NCBI GenBank assembly: GCA_034927465.1
Contig: JAYFPV010000205.1
Span: 1 to 34,296, forward strand
Direction of reading: 5' to 3'
DNA length: 34,296 nucleotides
Source: Lawsonibacter sp.
Lineage (GTDB): Bacteria; Bacillota; Clostridia; Oscillospirales; Oscillospiraceae
Shown here piece after piece: positions 1 through 10,517 of this stretch (positions within the stretch are counted from its first letter, which is position 1; each line of letters opens with the position of its first letter). The translations under genes were made by a program, and so were the position numbers. The notes under the pieces are model-generated. The model was given only the letters and a program-made list of their open reading frames with translations, was not told where the DNA came from and did not search any database.

Positions 1-36
1 TTACTTCTTCCGCAGCCGTATCCGGGCAGGAATATA

Positions 37-87
37 AAAACAGTCAGGCCTGCGAAGCACTTACGCTTGCGCATGACTGACTGTTTT
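37..87 (-). terminator. Probable intrinsic terminator downstream of pta
   Basis: Inverted repeat AAAACAGTCAG (37-47) / CTGACTGTTTT (77-87) with A/T tracts on both sides, about 100 nt past the pta stop. Confidence 0.6.
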
Positions 88-185
88 GTGCCGCTTCATG
101 CGGTTTCTCTATCGCTTTTCTTTTCCAACCGGATGTATCCCGTCAACTCCCGGTACACAATCCCAGCTCGCCGGCAAGTTGGATG

Positions 186-1160
186 TTATGCCAAGGCGGC
201 CGTAATAATCGCCATGGAATAGACCTCCTGGGCGTTGCAGCCGCGAGACAGGTCATTGATCGGGGCATTCAAACCCAACAAAATGGGTCCGTAAGCTTCA
301 AAGCTGCCCAGCCGCTGAGCAATTTTATAGCCGATGTTCCCGGCATTGATGTCGGGGAACACGAAGGTGTTGGCATAGCCTGCCACCTTGGACTCGGGGC
401 ACTTGGTCAGCGCCACGCGTGGGGAAACAGCGGCGTCAAACTGCAGTTCACCCTCGACGGGTACGTCAGGCATAGCCAGCTTAGCCTTCTCGGCCGCATT
501 GCGCATCTTGTCCACGTCCTCTCCTTTGCCGGAGCCAAAGGTGGAGTAGCTCAGGAAGGCAACCTTGGGATCAACCCCAAAGATCCTGGCACATTTGGCG
601 GTTTCGGTGGCAATTTCTACCAGTTCATCCTCATTGGGTTTAATGTTGATGGCACAGTCCGCCATGGCCAGCACATCATTACCACCGGTAGCAGAGGGGC
701 GAACCAGAATAAAGCAGGAAGATACGATGGAATTCCCCGGCTTGGTTTTCACCAGCTGCAGAGCCGGACGAACGGTGTCAGCCGTGGAGTAGGTGGCTCC
801 GCCCAGCAATGCGTCGGCCACTCCCATGGCCACCAGCATGGTTCCAAAGTAGTTGCTCTTCTTCAGCATAGCGCGGCACTCGTCCTCGGTCATCTTGCCC
901 TTGCGCAGCTCGACCATGCGCTTGACCATGGCATCCAGGTCCTCATAGGTCTCTGGGTCGATAATAATGGCGCCGCGGATGTTGAGGCCGGCTTCCTCAG
1001 CGGCTACCTGGACCTCATCCTCTTTTCCGATCAGGATGGGGGTCAGAAAAGTTCCGGACAGCAAACGGGCACACGCCTCCAGGATGCGGGGGTCTGTGCC
1101 CTCAGTGAATACGATTCTGCGCGGGTGATTCTTCAGAATATCGATGAGTTTCTTGAACAT
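186..1160 (-). CDS. pta: Phosphate acetyltransferase
   Basis: 324 aa; PTA motifs RIVFTEG, ADCAIN, GELQFDAA, FPDINAGNIGYKIAQR, NDLSRGC. Confidence 0.97.
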   Translation of the reverse strand: MFKKLIDILKNHPRRIVFTEGTDPRILEACARLLSGTFLTPILIGKEDEVQVAAEEAGLNIRGAIIIDPETYEDLDAMVKRMVELRKGKMTEDECRAMLKKSNYFGTMLVAMGVADALLGGATYSTADTVRPALQLVKTKPGNSIVSSCFILVRPSATGGNDVLAMADCAINIKPNEDELVEIATETAKCARIFGVDPKVAFLSYSTFGSGKGEDVDKMRNAAEKAKLAMPDVPVEGELQFDAAVSPRVALTKCPESKVAGYANTFVFPDINAGNIGYKIAQRLGSFEAYGPILLGLNAPINDLSRGCNAQEVYSMAIITAALA

Positions 1161-1213
1161 AACGCTTCCTCCAGATCAAAATTTGCGCAATTCTGCGCCT
1201 GTTTCCGGTACCT

Positions 1214-1242
1214 ATGGTAGCATTTTCCCCATGAAAATGCAA
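1214..1242 (-). promoter_or_regulatory. Sigma-A-type promoter of pta with overlapping palindrome
   Basis: Minus strand TTGCAT-17 nt-TACCAT with an extended-10 TG; perfect inverted repeat GCATTTTC-N5-GAAAATGC at 1220-1240 covers the spacer. Confidence 0.55.
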
Positions 1243-1319
1243 GGGCTTGCCCCTGTTTTCCTCTGACATATTCAGAAACCGCCCAGGGCGGAAAATAGAG
1301 CATTTTTTTACTTTTCCTC

Positions 1320-1367
1320 TTTACTCCACGGAATGGTTTCAGGTATACTATACCAAGTGTATTGTAT
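1320..1367 (+). promoter_or_regulatory. Promoter and candidate auto-operator of the XRE gene
   Basis: TTTACT-18 nt-TATACT; imperfect palindrome ATACTATAC-N5-GTATTGTAT (1345-1367) overlaps -10/+1. Confidence 0.45.
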
Positions 1368-1384
1368 TTTTGAGGTGAACACGT

Positions 1385-2086
1385 GTGAACGAAGAATTTT
1401 CCCGCACTCTTTCCCTGCTGCGGCAGGAGAAAGAGGTCAGCCAGCGTACCGCCGCCGGTGCTCTTGGCATCTCTCAGGCGCTTTTGTCCCATTATGAAAA
1501 TGGAATCCGGGAGCCCGGCCTTTCCTTTGTGGTGAAAGCCTGCGACTATTACGGCGTATCTGCCGACTTTCTCCTGGGCCGGACGTTAAGCCGCGACGGT
1601 ACCACCATTGCCCCAGAGCAGCTGTACGATCTCAGCGAAGAGAAGGACAACTCCATGCGGGGTGGGGTACTTGCCCTGCTGTCCAAAAAGCTGCTGGTCA
1701 ACTCCATCGGCGTTCTCTTTGACCTGCTGGCGAAAACAGGCAACCGTGAGGCCATTCGTGCCGCCGCCAACTATCTCTCCACGGCGGTATACATTATGTA
1801 TCGCCGGTTGTATCAGTCCAACTCAGCCAACAATTCGGATTTCTTCTCGGTCCCCGCTTGCCACTTTGACGCAGGCCTGGCCGATGCCGATCTGAAGTGC
1901 TCTGAGGCGGAGCTGACCGGTGCGATGGCCGCTCACGCAAAGAACAAAGACCACATGCCCGAACTATCCAACGACGCTCTGGCCCGAGACTATCCTGTGC
2001 TCTATCAGTCCCTGCTTCAGATCGTTCACAACACCGGGGAGCGCATCACCGGGATTTTGACCGCCCGGCAAACCAACAAATCATAA
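1385..2086 (+). CDS. XRE-family HTH transcriptional regulator with uncharacterised C-terminal domain
   Basis: N-terminal HTH_3 pattern [33 protein letters not shown]...VSADFLLG; GTG start preceded by GAGGTG. Confidence 0.88.
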   Translation: MNEEFSRTLSLLRQEKEVSQRTAAGALGISQALLSHYENGIREPGLSFVVKACDYYGVSADFLLGRTLSRDGTTIAPEQLYDLSEEKDNSMRGGVLALLSKKLLVNSIGVLFDLLAKTGNREAIRAAANYLSTAVYIMYRRLYQSNSANNSDFFSVPACHFDAGLADADLKCSEAELTGAMAAHAKNKDHMPELSNDALARDYPVLYQSLLQIVHNTGERITGILTARQTNKS

Positions 2087-2123
2087 TCATTTGAACGTCC
2101 ATGCTGATTGCAGAGGTGCAACT

Positions 2124-3932
2124 ATGACCGATCAAAGCAAAATTCGAAATTTTTCCATCATCGCCCACATTGACCATGGAAAGTCCACCCTTTCCGACCG
2201 ACTGATTGAGCTATGTGGCGCGGTGGAGCAGCGGCAGATGGAATCCCAACTCCTAGACAACATGGATCTGGAGCGGGAACGGGGCATTACCATTAAGGCC
2301 AGGGCCGTCCGTTTGGACTACAAGGCTCAGGACGGCAACACTTATGCTCTGAACCTGATTGACACTCCGGGTCATGTGGACTTTAATTATGAGGTATCCC
2401 GTTCTCTGGCCGCCTGTGAGGGGGCTGTGCTCATCGTGGACGCCTCTCAGGGAATTGAGGCCCAGACTCTAGCCAACACCTATCTGGCCATGGAGCACAA
2501 CCTGGAGATTCTCCCTGTCATCAACAAGATCGACCTGCCCGCCGCCGACCCCAAACGGGTGAAGGCGGAGATTGAGAACATTCTGGCCCTTCCGGCGGAA
2601 GACGCTCCGGAAATCTCCGCCAAGCAGGGCATCAACATCCCCGCTGTTTTGGAAAACATCGTCCGAAACATCCCCGCGCCCACCGGCGATTCCACCGCCC
2701 CCTTAAAGGCTCTGATTTTTGACAGCCAGTACGATCCCTATCAGGGCGTCCTCGTCTACTTCCGGGTGATGGCTGGGACGCTGAAAAAAGGGATGCACGT
2801 GAAAATGATGGCCTCAAACATTAGCCACCAGGTGCTGGACTGCGGCTATCTTCGGCCCCTTGGCATGGAATCCTGTCCCGAGCTTTCCGCTGGCGAAGTG
2901 GGCTGGTTCTCTGCCTCCATTAAGAACGTGAAGGACGCCCGGGTGGGCGACACCATTACCGGTCTGGACTGTCCGGCCACCCAGGCACTGGCCGGATACC
3001 GCCCGGCCCAGGCCATGGTGTACTGCGGCATTTACACCGAGGACGGAAGCAAATACCCGGACCTGCGGGACGCCCTGGAAAAGCTGCAGCTAAACGATGC
3101 CGCCCTGTCCTTCGAGCCCGAATCGTCCATTGCCCTTGGTTTTGGCTTTCGCTGCGGCTGTTTGGGCATGCTCCATATGGAGATCATTCAGGAGCGGCTG
3201 GAACGGGAATTTGATCTGGACCTTGTAACGACCCTCCCCTCCGTCATTTACGAGGTGACCAAAACCGACGGCTCGGTGGTTCAGGTGGACAACCCGCACA
3301 ACTACCCCGACCCCGGTGCTATTGTGGAGGCACGCGAGCCCTTTGCCAAGGTGACTATCATCAGCCCCCCCGACTATGTGGGCAATATTATGCCCCTGTG
3401 TCAGGACCGCCGCGGCACGTTTAAGGACATGCAGTATCTGGATACCAACCTGGTGGAACTGCACTACTTTATGCCCATTGGGGAGATCATTTACGACTTC
3501 TTCGACTCTCTGAAGGCCCGCACCAAGGGGTATGCCAGCCTGGATTATGAACTGGAGGACTATCAGCCCAGCCAGCTGGTCAAGGTAGACATGCTCCTCA
3601 ACGGAGAACAGGTGGACGCCCTGAGCTTTATTGTCCACAAAGACAAGGCCTATGCCCGGGCCCGGCGCATCTGTGAAAAGCTAAAGGAGAACATCCCCCG
3701 CCAGTTGTTCGAAGTACCTGTACAAGCGGCCATCGGCGGGAAGGTGATTGCCCGGGAAACGGTCAAGGCAATGCGGAAAGACGTGCTGGCCAAGTGCTAC
3801 GGCGGCGACATCACCCGGAAGAAGAAACTGTTGGAAAAGCAAAAGGAAGGCAAAAAGAAAATGCGCTCCTTGGGCAGCGTGCAGCTGCCGACCGAGGCAT
3901 TTATGGCGGTACTCAAGCTGGACGAAGAATAA
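2124..3932 (+). CDS. lepA: Translation elongation factor 4 (LepA)
   Basis: [35 protein letters not shown]-terminal [18 protein letters not shown]; start moved to ATG 2124 after GAGGTG. Confidence 0.98.
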   Translation: MTDQSKIRNFSIIAHIDHGKSTLSDRLIELCGAVEQRQMESQLLDNMDLERERGITIKARAVRLDYKAQDGNTYALNLIDTPGHVDFNYEVSRSLAACEGAVLIVDASQGIEAQTLANTYLAMEHNLEILPVINKIDLPAADPKRVKAEIENILALPAEDAPEISAKQGINIPAVLENIVRNIPAPTGDSTAPLKALIFDSQYDPYQGVLVYFRVMAGTLKKGMHVKMMASNISHQVLDCGYLRPLGMESCPELSAGEVGWFSASIKNVKDARVGDTITGLDCPATQALAGYRPAQAMVYCGIYTEDGSKYPDLRDALEKLQLNDAALSFEPESSIALGFGFRCGCLGMLHMEIIQERLEREFDLDLVTTLPSVIYEVTKTDGSVVQVDNPHNYPDPGAIVEAREPFAKVTIISPPDYVGNIMPLCQDRRGTFKDMQYLDTNLVELHYFMPIGEIIYDFFDSLKARTKGYASLDYELEDYQPSQLVKVDMLLNGEQVDALSFIVHKDKAYARARRICEKLKENIPRQLFEVPVQAAIGGKVIARETVKAMRKDVLAKCYGGDITRKKKLLEKQKEGKKKMRSLGSVQLPTEAFMAVLKLDEE

Positions 3933-3936
3933 GAAG

Positions 3937-3976
3937 AGGTCCCGGACACATCAACGTCCGGGACCTTGTTTTGTTT
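3937..3976 (+). terminator. Intrinsic terminator of lepA
   Basis: 11-bp stem AGGTCCCGGAC/GTCCGGGACCT followed by TGTTTTGTTT. Confidence 0.8.
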
Positions 3977-4079
3977 CAACACTCGTTTGCTTGCTCGAAT
4001 CGGCTCGGCTGGCCGCTTGGTCACGGAGTCCCCGACAGATATATCCGGCCAAGTTGCGGCTGCTTTCCTGGGCAAGGGT

Positions 4080-4244
4080 TTGGCGGAATTCAGATGCTCT
4101 CAACAGACATACAGCAACTATGAGCTGGGCCAGAGGGATGTTCCTTCCTCCGTTTTGATTCAACTGGTTAAATTCTATCATACCAGCGTGGATTATCTGC
4201 ATGGCCTGACCAATCTCCGCGGATCCTATCCCCGTAAATTGTGA
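4080..4244 (+). pseudogene. Truncated XRE-family HTH gene remnant
   Basis: LAEFRCSQQTYSNYELGQRDVPSSVLIQLVKFYHTSVDYLHGLT matches the recognition helix and C-terminal half of small XRE proteins; the first helix, a convincing start and an RBS are missing. Confidence 0.6.
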
Positions 4245-4255
4245 ATTTTTCCATG

Positions 4256-4289
4256 AAAAAATCGGGACGCTGGGGTGCGTCCCGATTTT
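4256..4289 (-). terminator. Intrinsic, probably bidirectional, terminator downstream of rny
   Basis: 13-bp stem AAAATCGGGACGC/GCGTCCCGATTTT flanked by A/T runs. Confidence 0.8.
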
Positions 4290-4313
4290 GAATCGTATTT
4301 ATTTTTTGTAAAA

Positions 4314-5861
4314 TTACTTTGCGTATTCAATGGCCTTGGTCTCCCGCAGGAGGTTTACTTTGATTTGGCCCGGATACTCCAGTTCGTCCTCAATCTTCTT
4401 GGCAATGTCCCTGGCCAACAGAACCATCTGATCTTCGCTGATGATCTCAGGCTTGACCATAATCCGCACCTCGCGGCCCGCCTGAATGGCAAACGATTTC
4501 TCCACCCCGGGGAACGAGGAAGTAATCTCCTCCAGCATCTCCAATCGCTTGATATAGTTTTCCAAATTCTCCCGCCGGGCGCCAGGCCGGGCAGCGGAGA
4601 TGGCGTCGGCCGCCTGACCCAGGCAGGCCACCACCGTTTTGGGCTCCACATCGGTATGGTGGGCGTGAATGGCGTGGATAATCGCGTCACTCTCCCGATA
4701 TTTCCGGGCCAATTCCACACCAATGGTGACGTGGGAGCCCTCCACCTCGTGGTCAATGGACTTACCCAGATCGTGAAGCAGTCCGGCCCGTTTGGCCTCG
4801 GCAACATTTGCGCCGATTTCAGCGGCCAGCAGGCCTGCCACATGGGATACCTCGATGGAGTGGTTCAGCACGTTCTGCCCGTAGCTGGTCCGATAGCGCA
4901 TCCGGCCCAGCAGTTTCACCAGCTCGGGGTGCAAGCCATGAACATTGGTTTCGAAAATAGCCCGCTCGCCCTCGGCCTTGATGACAGCGTCGACTTCGCG
5001 CTTGGATTTTTCTACCATTTCCTCAATGCGGGCGGGGTGAATGCGGCCATCCAAAATCAGCTTCTCCAGCGCCAGCCGGGCGATCTCCCGGCGCACCGGA
5101 TCAAAACAAGAGACAGTAATGGTTTCCGGGGTATCGTCGATAATCAAATCCACCCCGGTCATGGTTTCCAGCGTTCGAATATTCCGGCCCTCTCGCCCGA
5201 TGATCCGGCCCTTCATTTCGTCGTTGGGCAGCGGGACGACGGAGACGGTGGCCTCCGCCACATGATCGGCGGCACAGCGCTGAATGGCCAGGGAAATAAT
5301 TTCACGGGCCTTGGTATCCGCCTCGTCTTTGCACCGGGCCTCAATCTCTTTGATTTTCATGGCCGATTCGTGGGTAACATCCTCTTCCAACTGCTGGAGC
5401 AGGTATTTCTTGGCCTCGTCGGCGGTAAAGCCGGAAATGCGTTCAAGCACATCCATCTGGCCCTTTTTAATTTGTTCCGCCTCTGCTTGGGTCATTTCCA
5501 GCTTGGCCAGTTTCACGGCCAGCTGGTCTTCTTTTTTTTCATTATTTTCGGTTTTGCGGTCCAGGTTTTCTTCTTTTTGCTGGAGTCGGTGTTCCTGACG
5601 CTGCAAGTCGGCACGGCGGTCCTTAACCTCTTTCTCGTGCTCGTTGCGGGCTTTCAGGATTTCCTCTTTTGCCTCCACCAGAGCTTCACGCTTCTTGCTT
5701 TCAGCGCTCTTATAGGCCTCGTTGACAATGCGCTTGGCCTCGTCCTCAGCGGAGCCGATTTCCCGCTCCGCGGACTTTTTCCGCTGCTGAATGCCTACCG
5801 GGACCCCCACCGCCAGACCGACCACAATTCCGATGATCGCTCCGATGATATAGGGTAACAT
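4314..5861 (-). CDS. rny: Ribonuclease Y
   Basis: N-terminal TM helix, coiled coil, KH motif [16 protein letters not shown] domain [23 protein letters not shown]; RBS GGAGGTG. Confidence 0.98.
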   Translation of the reverse strand: MLPYIIGAIIGIVVGLAVGVPVGIQQRKKSAEREIGSAEDEAKRIVNEAYKSAESKKREALVEAKEEILKARNEHEKEVKDRRADLQRQEHRLQQKEENLDRKTENNEKKEDQLAVKLAKLEMTQAEAEQIKKGQMDVLERISGFTADEAKKYLLQQLEEDVTHESAMKIKEIEARCKDEADTKAREIISLAIQRCAADHVAEATVSVVPLPNDEMKGRIIGREGRNIRTLETMTGVDLIIDDTPETITVSCFDPVRREIARLALEKLILDGRIHPARIEEMVEKSKREVDAVIKAEGERAIFETNVHGLHPELVKLLGRMRYRTSYGQNVLNHSIEVSHVAGLLAAEIGANVAEAKRAGLLHDLGKSIDHEVEGSHVTIGVELARKYRESDAIIHAIHAHHTDVEPKTVVACLGQAADAISAARPGARRENLENYIKRLEMLEEITSSFPGVEKSFAIQAGREVRIMVKPEIISEDQMVLLARDIAKKIEDELEYPGQIKVNLLRETKAIEYAK

Positions 5862-6054
5862 TTGGTTTTTTCACACCTCCAAAACGTTTCATTCAGGCTG
5901 GGGCGGACCGCCCCAGCGTCCGTGTCCTGGCTTACAAAGCCCACACGGGACTTGTACATAAAATGAGTCGCAAGGTGCTACGCCCCAATGACGGTTCACT
6001 CCCTTGCGACAACCGAAAAACATCCCCAAAGTTTTTCATTTTTGTCCTGTACAT

Positions 6055-6083
6055 ATTGTAAAGGCATCCCGCTTTTCTGTCAA
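6055..6083 (-). promoter_or_regulatory. Sigma-A promoter of rny
   Basis: Minus strand TTGACA-17 nt-TACAAT, implying a ~185-nt 5' leader. Confidence 0.75.
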
Positions 6084-6343
6084 GAATTATTCACATTTAA
6101 CACAAAGGGTTTTCCGGGCTTTTTTGAAAAGCTATCTGCGAAACAAACGGCAGTCAGGCCCGTCTGACCTCGTTTTTCAGACACATCCGGCCGGTCTTGG
6201 CACATTCTCTTTTTTCTATTCTTCTTTTTCCACGGATATCTGTTGGAGGACGTTTTTTCTCAAGGCAAGCCTATTATATCCAAAAAGGGATCCACTTTTG
6301 CAAGCGGGTCCCTTTTATAGATTCTGGCTGCGGTTTGATGCAA

Positions 6344-6877
6344 TCAGCGGGCCAGCCGGAAACTTGGAACTGCCACAAATCGATACAACGCGTTGATGGT
6401 GACAAACTGCACCGGAATCATCACCACGGCCTTGGTGATCCGGGCGGGCAGCAGGACAAAGAATCCCTTGTCCAGAAGCAGCATCAGATTCACCGTATCC
6501 AGGCCGAGCTGAAGTGGGAGTATCACGATCAAAACCGCCGCAGCAATCCGAAGCACAGTAGCCATACGGCTCCACTGTGCCCCCGCCTTGTGGTGAAGCA
6601 GCAGGCCGTAAGCCAACCCACTCAGCCCTGCAACCAGGGTAAATCCGGGCCAAAACGGCCCAGCAGGAAATAGATTGGCCCCCAGAAGGTCCGCCAGAGC
6701 GCCCACAGCGCAGCCATACCACGGGCCGAACAGAATACCGGCCAGGGCCATGGGCGCAAAGTCAAAGCCAATTCTCACGATTGGAGTAGAGATGGAAAAA
6801 AAGCGGGACAAAACAATCTCAATAGCGATCAGCAGCGCGCAGGAAACCAGGGCGGTCAACTGTTTATTTCGAGTCAC
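6344..6877 (-). CDS. folT: Folate-family ECF transporter S component (copy 2)
   Basis: Hydrophobic ~177 aa; ALLIAIEIVLSRFFSI...RIGFDFAPMALAGILFGPWYG...DLLG...GPFWPGFT is typical of FolT; GTG start at 6877 after AAGGAG. Confidence 0.85.
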   Translation of the reverse strand: MTRNKQLTALVSCALLIAIEIVLSRFFSISTPIVRIGFDFAPMALAGILFGPWYGCAVGALADLLGANLFPAGPFWPGFTLVAGLSGLAYGLLLHHKAGAQWSRMATVLRIAAAVLIVILPLQLGLDTVNLMLLLDKGFFVLLPARITKAVVMIPVQFVTINALYRFVAVPSFRLAR

Positions 6878-7075
6878 GATTGCATTCTCCTTTGGCAAAT
6901 TAATTTTTCGCTTGCCATAACAGGTTTTTCTTCCAAACGGAAGCGGAACATTCAGGCAAACTTTCAGAAACGGAGCACACTTCGTTCCGCAGAAGTATTT
7001 TCTTTCTCAGCGCACGGCGAAATGCCACGGATTTGTGCGCCGTTCTTCCCGTCTGCCTGTCCGGGCTGAATTGCG

Positions 7076-8353
7076 TCAGCATAGGCCCAGGATGTGGCGA
7101 ACCTCCCCAATCATATACAGGGAGCCGCAAATACAGACCACATCTTCCGCTCCGGCCATCGCTAGCACCCGCTCCACCCCTTGGGCCGTGGTATCACAGG
7201 GGGTTGCGTCCACACCGGCCCGGGCCAAATACTGCGCAAGGTCGCGGGCTGGCAGGGCCCTGGGGCTGTCCGGGGTAATGGTAACAAACGCCTTGGCCAG
7301 GGGGATCAACTGCTCCAGCATAGCTGGATAGTCCTTGTCTCCCAGTACCCCCGTCAAAAACAGGATTTTTTTCCCGGGATACAGCTCCTGCATCGACTGG
7401 TGGATGGCCCCCATACACTGAGGATTGTGGCCTCCGTCCAGCAGCACGTCGGGGCCGCGGCGAACCAGTTCCATCCGGGCCGGCCACACCGCCTCCCGCA
7501 GCCCCTGGGCCACCGCTTCCGGCGCAATGTTCCAGCCCTTTCGGTTCAGCGCCCACACCGTCTCCAGTGCGGCCGCGGCGTTGTACAACTGGTGCCTGCC
7601 AAGCAGCGAGATGTGATAGGGGCCCTGTCCGCAGTAGGTAAAGGTCTGCCCCTCCCGCCCGGATGACAGCACCTGCAATGTGTCGGGCCGGGTCAGGGTC
7701 AGCGGGCTGCTCGCCTGACGGCAGGCCGCCTCTACCACACTCTCCACCTCTCTGCTCTGATGGTAGAGGACGGTTTCACCGCCCGGTTTAATAATGCCGG
7801 ACTTTTCCACCGCAATTTTTTCCAGCGTGTCACCCAGCTCCTGGGTGTGCTCCAGCCCAATGTTGGTGATTACTGCCACTTCCGGCGTGGGGATCACGTT
7901 GGTAGAATCCAGGCGGCCGCCCAGACCCACCTCTAACACCACCAGATCGCAGCCCGCCTCCAGGAAATAGAGCATACCCACCGCAGTCATCAGTTCAAAC
8001 TCAGTAGCCGAGTCCGGCATTCCCATTCCGGCCTCGATCACCCGCTGGGCAATGCGGCCCAGGGTCTCGTCCGGGATAGGCCGACCGTTGACCTGAAAGC
8101 GCTCATGAAAGCGCCAAAGATGTGGGGAGGTATACAGGCCGGTGGTCAGGCCGGCGCGGGCCAACACCGACGCAACCATGGCGGCGGTGGAGCCTTTCCC
8201 GTTTGTTCCGGTAATATGGACAAATTTGAGTGCTTGGTGGGGGTCTCCTACCCGCCGCAGCAGCTCCAGCGTCCGACTCAACCCGGGCTTTCGCCCGGTC
8301 CACGCTTCCCGGTGGATCCGTTCCACCGCTTCCTGGCCGGTCATTGGCCACAT
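7076..8353 (-). CDS. folC: Folylpolyglutamate synthase / dihydrofolate synthase
   Basis: HITGTNGKGS, YTSPHL, EVGLGGRLDSTN, LDGGHNP, CGSLYMIG; true start may be ATG at 8344. Confidence 0.96.
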   Translation of the reverse strand: MWPMTGQEAVERIHREAWTGRKPGLSRTLELLRRVGDPHQALKFVHITGTNGKGSTAAMVASVLARAGLTTGLYTSPHLWRFHERFQVNGRPIPDETLGRIAQRVIEAGMGMPDSATEFELMTAVGMLYFLEAGCDLVVLEVGLGGRLDSTNVIPTPEVAVITNIGLEHTQELGDTLEKIAVEKSGIIKPGGETVLYHQSREVESVVEAACRQASSPLTLTRPDTLQVLSSGREGQTFTYCGQGPYHISLLGRHQLYNAAAALETVWALNRKGWNIAPEAVAQGLREAVWPARMELVRRGPDVLLDGGHNPQCMGAIHQSMQELYPGKKILFLTGVLGDKDYPAMLEQLIPLAKAFVTITPDSPRALPARDLAQYLARAGVDATPCDTTAQGVERVLAMAGAEDVVCICGSLYMIGEVRHILGLC

Positions 8354-8371
8354 CTCCTTTTCTGGTCAATT

Positions 8372-9247
8372 TTAAATAACATCTGGGTTTAGGCCGTGTG
8401 CCTGCAGAGCCGCCTTTACCGTATGGGCAGACAGGACAGTGGAAGTCACCGCTCCCACGCCGCCCGGCACAGGCGTCAGGGCGGCCACAATGGGATCTAC
8501 CTGCGCAAAATCCACGTCTCCCCGGATTTTTCCATCCTGGCCCTGGCTAACGCCCACGTCCACCACGACCTGTCCCGCTCTTACATGCTCCTGGCCAATG
8601 AGGCCTGCTTTCCCCGCGGCGGAAATGATGATGTCCGCCCCCTGGCACAGTTCCTGCATTCGCTTAGGGTCTGTCAGAATATTACAGGCCGAGACGGTGG
8701 CCCCCTGGTTCATCAGCAGAATGGCAGTCGGCATTCCCACGGTAATGCCGGTACCAACAATGACGATGTTTTTCCCGGGCAGAGAAATGTGATAGTACCG
8801 CAGCAGTTCCAGACACGCGGCAGCCGTACAGGGCGGGAACGCCTGGGCGGTTGGAATCATCAACCCGCCCATGGACGTGCCGGTCATTGCGTCAATGTCC
8901 TTTTCCGGACACAGCGTTCCAAGCACCGCCATTGTGTTGAGGCGGGACGGCAACGGCCGAAACAGCAGGCAGCCGTGGATGCGGCTGCTTGCGTTCACCT
9001 CCTGAAGAACCTCAATCAGCTCCTCTTCGCTCACGTCTTCTGGCAGCAGCGTCCTGGCCACCGCCACGCCAAGGGATTGAGCCAGTCTGGTGGCCCCCCG
9101 CTCATAACTCATGTCTTCCGGGCGGGCACCAACCCGGACGATTCCCATGGTCGGAACCACATTCCGTTCCCGCAGTTGAATCATCCCTGCGCGAATCCGC
9201 TGGCACAGAGCTTCGCTCACCGGTTTTCCAGACAACAACATCGCCAT
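8372..9247 (-). CDS. folD: Methylene-THF dehydrogenase / methenyl-THF cyclohydrolase family
   Basis: MAMLLSGKPV start after AAGGAG; PEKDID, PCT, VVVDVG, TPVPGGVGAVT; the ORF-track extension to 9541 overlaps hutD and is rejected. Confidence 0.9.
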   Translation of the reverse strand: MAMLLSGKPVSEALCQRIRAGMIQLRERNVVPTMGIVRVGARPEDMSYERGATRLAQSLGVAVARTLLPEDVSEEELIEVLQEVNASSRIHGCLLFRPLPSRLNTMAVLGTLCPEKDIDAMTGTSMGGLMIPTAQAFPPCTAAACLELLRYYHISLPGKNIVIVGTGITVGMPTAILLMNQGATVSACNILTDPKRMQELCQGADIIISAAGKAGLIGQEHVRAGQVVVDVGVSQGQDGKIRGDVDFAQVDPIVAALTPVPGGVGAVTSTVLSAHTVKAALQAHGLNPDVI

Positions 9248-9282
9248 TCCAATCCATCTCCTTACAGGAAATTCTTTCGTAA

Positions 9283-9882
9283 TTACCGGAAATAAATCAC
9301 CGCCGCCATTACTGCGGCACCTTCTTTGCTCTCCATCGAAACAGCCTCGGCGTTCGCCTCCCTGCACACCAAAAGCTCTCCGGATGCCGCCTGCACCCCC
9401 GCTTCGGGCAGCCGGAGGATCCCAGACACGCAGTACAGCGCCACGGTACACCGGGGATATTCCAGCGGCGCGGCGACCGGCGCCGTCCAAGCACAGCAGG
9501 CTCCCGGCTCCAAAATCAGTGACTGTGCCATCCCCTGGCACGCCCCTTTGCGCAGCATTAAATTAAAGTCCGTACATCTGCCCCAGGACTCTACCGGCAC
9601 GCCCCCATCAAAGGAACGGACCGTAAAAGGGGACAGCGGCGCGCGTTTTCCCTCTCCGATTTTCATGTCCAGTTGTCCCTCCAAAACGGAGATCAACCGG
9701 TTGTAGTCGGGAAGGGGCGTAAAGTCGGAGTGATCCAGCTCAACCTGCGCAGAGCTCAGCCGCCAGAGAAACTCCCGTGCGGCATACGCGGCTCCCTCCG
9801 GAGCAATGGCCAATTGGGTCGTGGTTCCGCCCGACCATCGGGTGGTCACATACTGGTTTCGGGTCAACAAGGTCCATTCCAT
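9283..9882 (-). CDS. hutD: HutD/Ves-family (cupin) protein
   Basis: TTRWSGGTTTQLAIAP...FLWRLSSAQV...SDFTPLPDYNR...FDG...DFNLM signature; ATG 9882 after GAAAGGAAG. Confidence 0.85.
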   Translation of the reverse strand: MEWTLLTRNQYVTTRWSGGTTTQLAIAPEGAAYAAREFLWRLSSAQVELDHSDFTPLPDYNRLISVLEGQLDMKIGEGKRAPLSPFTVRSFDGGVPVESWGRCTDFNLMLRKGACQGMAQSLILEPGACCAWTAPVAAPLEYPRCTVALYCVSGILRLPEAGVQAASGELLVCREANAEAVSMESKEGAAVMAAVIYFR

Positions 9883-9917
9883 GGTGGTGCTTCCTTTCTC
9901 ATTCCATACCACGTGCT

Positions 9918-10475
9918 TTACTCTCTGATCAAACTAACCACCCTGTTTTTTTGCAGCAGACGCACCAGCGGGATGGCCACCGTGGCGACAATCAGGGCGA
10001 CCATAATATCCTTGGGCAAGCGCAGCAGGGCACTGCCAAACACAAAGGCAAAGGCATAATAATGGTAAACCAGACTGTCCAGCCACAGCGCCAGCGTATT
10101 CATACCGCTTGTTACCGCGCCCCCCAAAATACAGACCGCATAGCAAAAAACGGGCCGGTTTTCCAGGGGACTCCCGGTCTTCTTCAGGTGGGCAGCCACG
10201 GTACCAACGACCAGCGCCCAACCCATAGGGGGCAGGATCCAAATTGCTGTGGTTGGCGTCAGGCCATAGGACAGCATCTGGCTCATAAACTCCCCAATTG
10301 CGGCTACCAGCATGCCAGTCAGCGGTCCGAACATCAAGGAGCCAACTACGACCGGAAGAGAGGCAAAGGTCAACTCCCAGTTCCCCGTTTTGATCACAAG
10401 GGTCATATCCAACAAAACAAAAAAAGCGATCAGAATTGCCATTTGGCACAGGGCTCTTACACGAAATTTTGACAT
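9918..10475 (-). CDS. folT: Folate-family ECF transporter S component (copy 1)
   Basis: 185 aa, about six TM helices, LPVVVGSLMFGPLTGMLVAAIGEF motif; directly downstream of a THF riboswitch. Confidence 0.82.
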   Translation of the reverse strand: MSKFRVRALCQMAILIAFFVLLDMTLVIKTGNWELTFASLPVVVGSLMFGPLTGMLVAAIGEFMSQMLSYGLTPTTAIWILPPMGWALVVGTVAAHLKKTGSPLENRPVFCYAVCILGGAVTSGMNTLALWLDSLVYHYYAFAFVFGSALLRLPKDIMVALIVATVAIPLVRLLQKNRVVSLIRE

Positions 10476-10482
10476 AAAAACA

Positions 10483-10517
10483 CGCTCCTTTCATAGCGTA
10501 TTGCCATGAAAGGAGCG
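10483..10517 (-). promoter_or_regulatory. Riboswitch expression platform: SD-sequestering/terminator hairpin
   Basis: Perfect 12-bp stem CGCTCCTTTCAT/ATGAAAGGAGCG whose 3' arm contains the folT SD, followed by TGTTTTT and the ATG. Confidence 0.8.

Noticed and set aside
57-68. 12-mer GCACTTACGCTT repeated at about 16299
   Set aside because: Different contexts and no shared positional logic; compatible with chance.
183-1220. Long antisense ORFs (also 4275-5858, 8396-9295, 11381-12334, 14169-15893, 19686-20618, 26516-27532, 29810-30748)
   Set aside because: Shadow frames opposite well-identified genes, expected with high-GC3 codon usage; no recognisable motifs.
6900-7070. Possible second THF riboswitch before the second folT
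   Set aside because: Only a GCGGAAC/GTTCCGC stem; the AGAGTAG and GCGTTAAG conserved blocks are missing.
9248-9541. N-terminal extension of the folD ORF
   Set aside because: Overlaps hutD in another frame; a good RBS and homology start lie at 9247.
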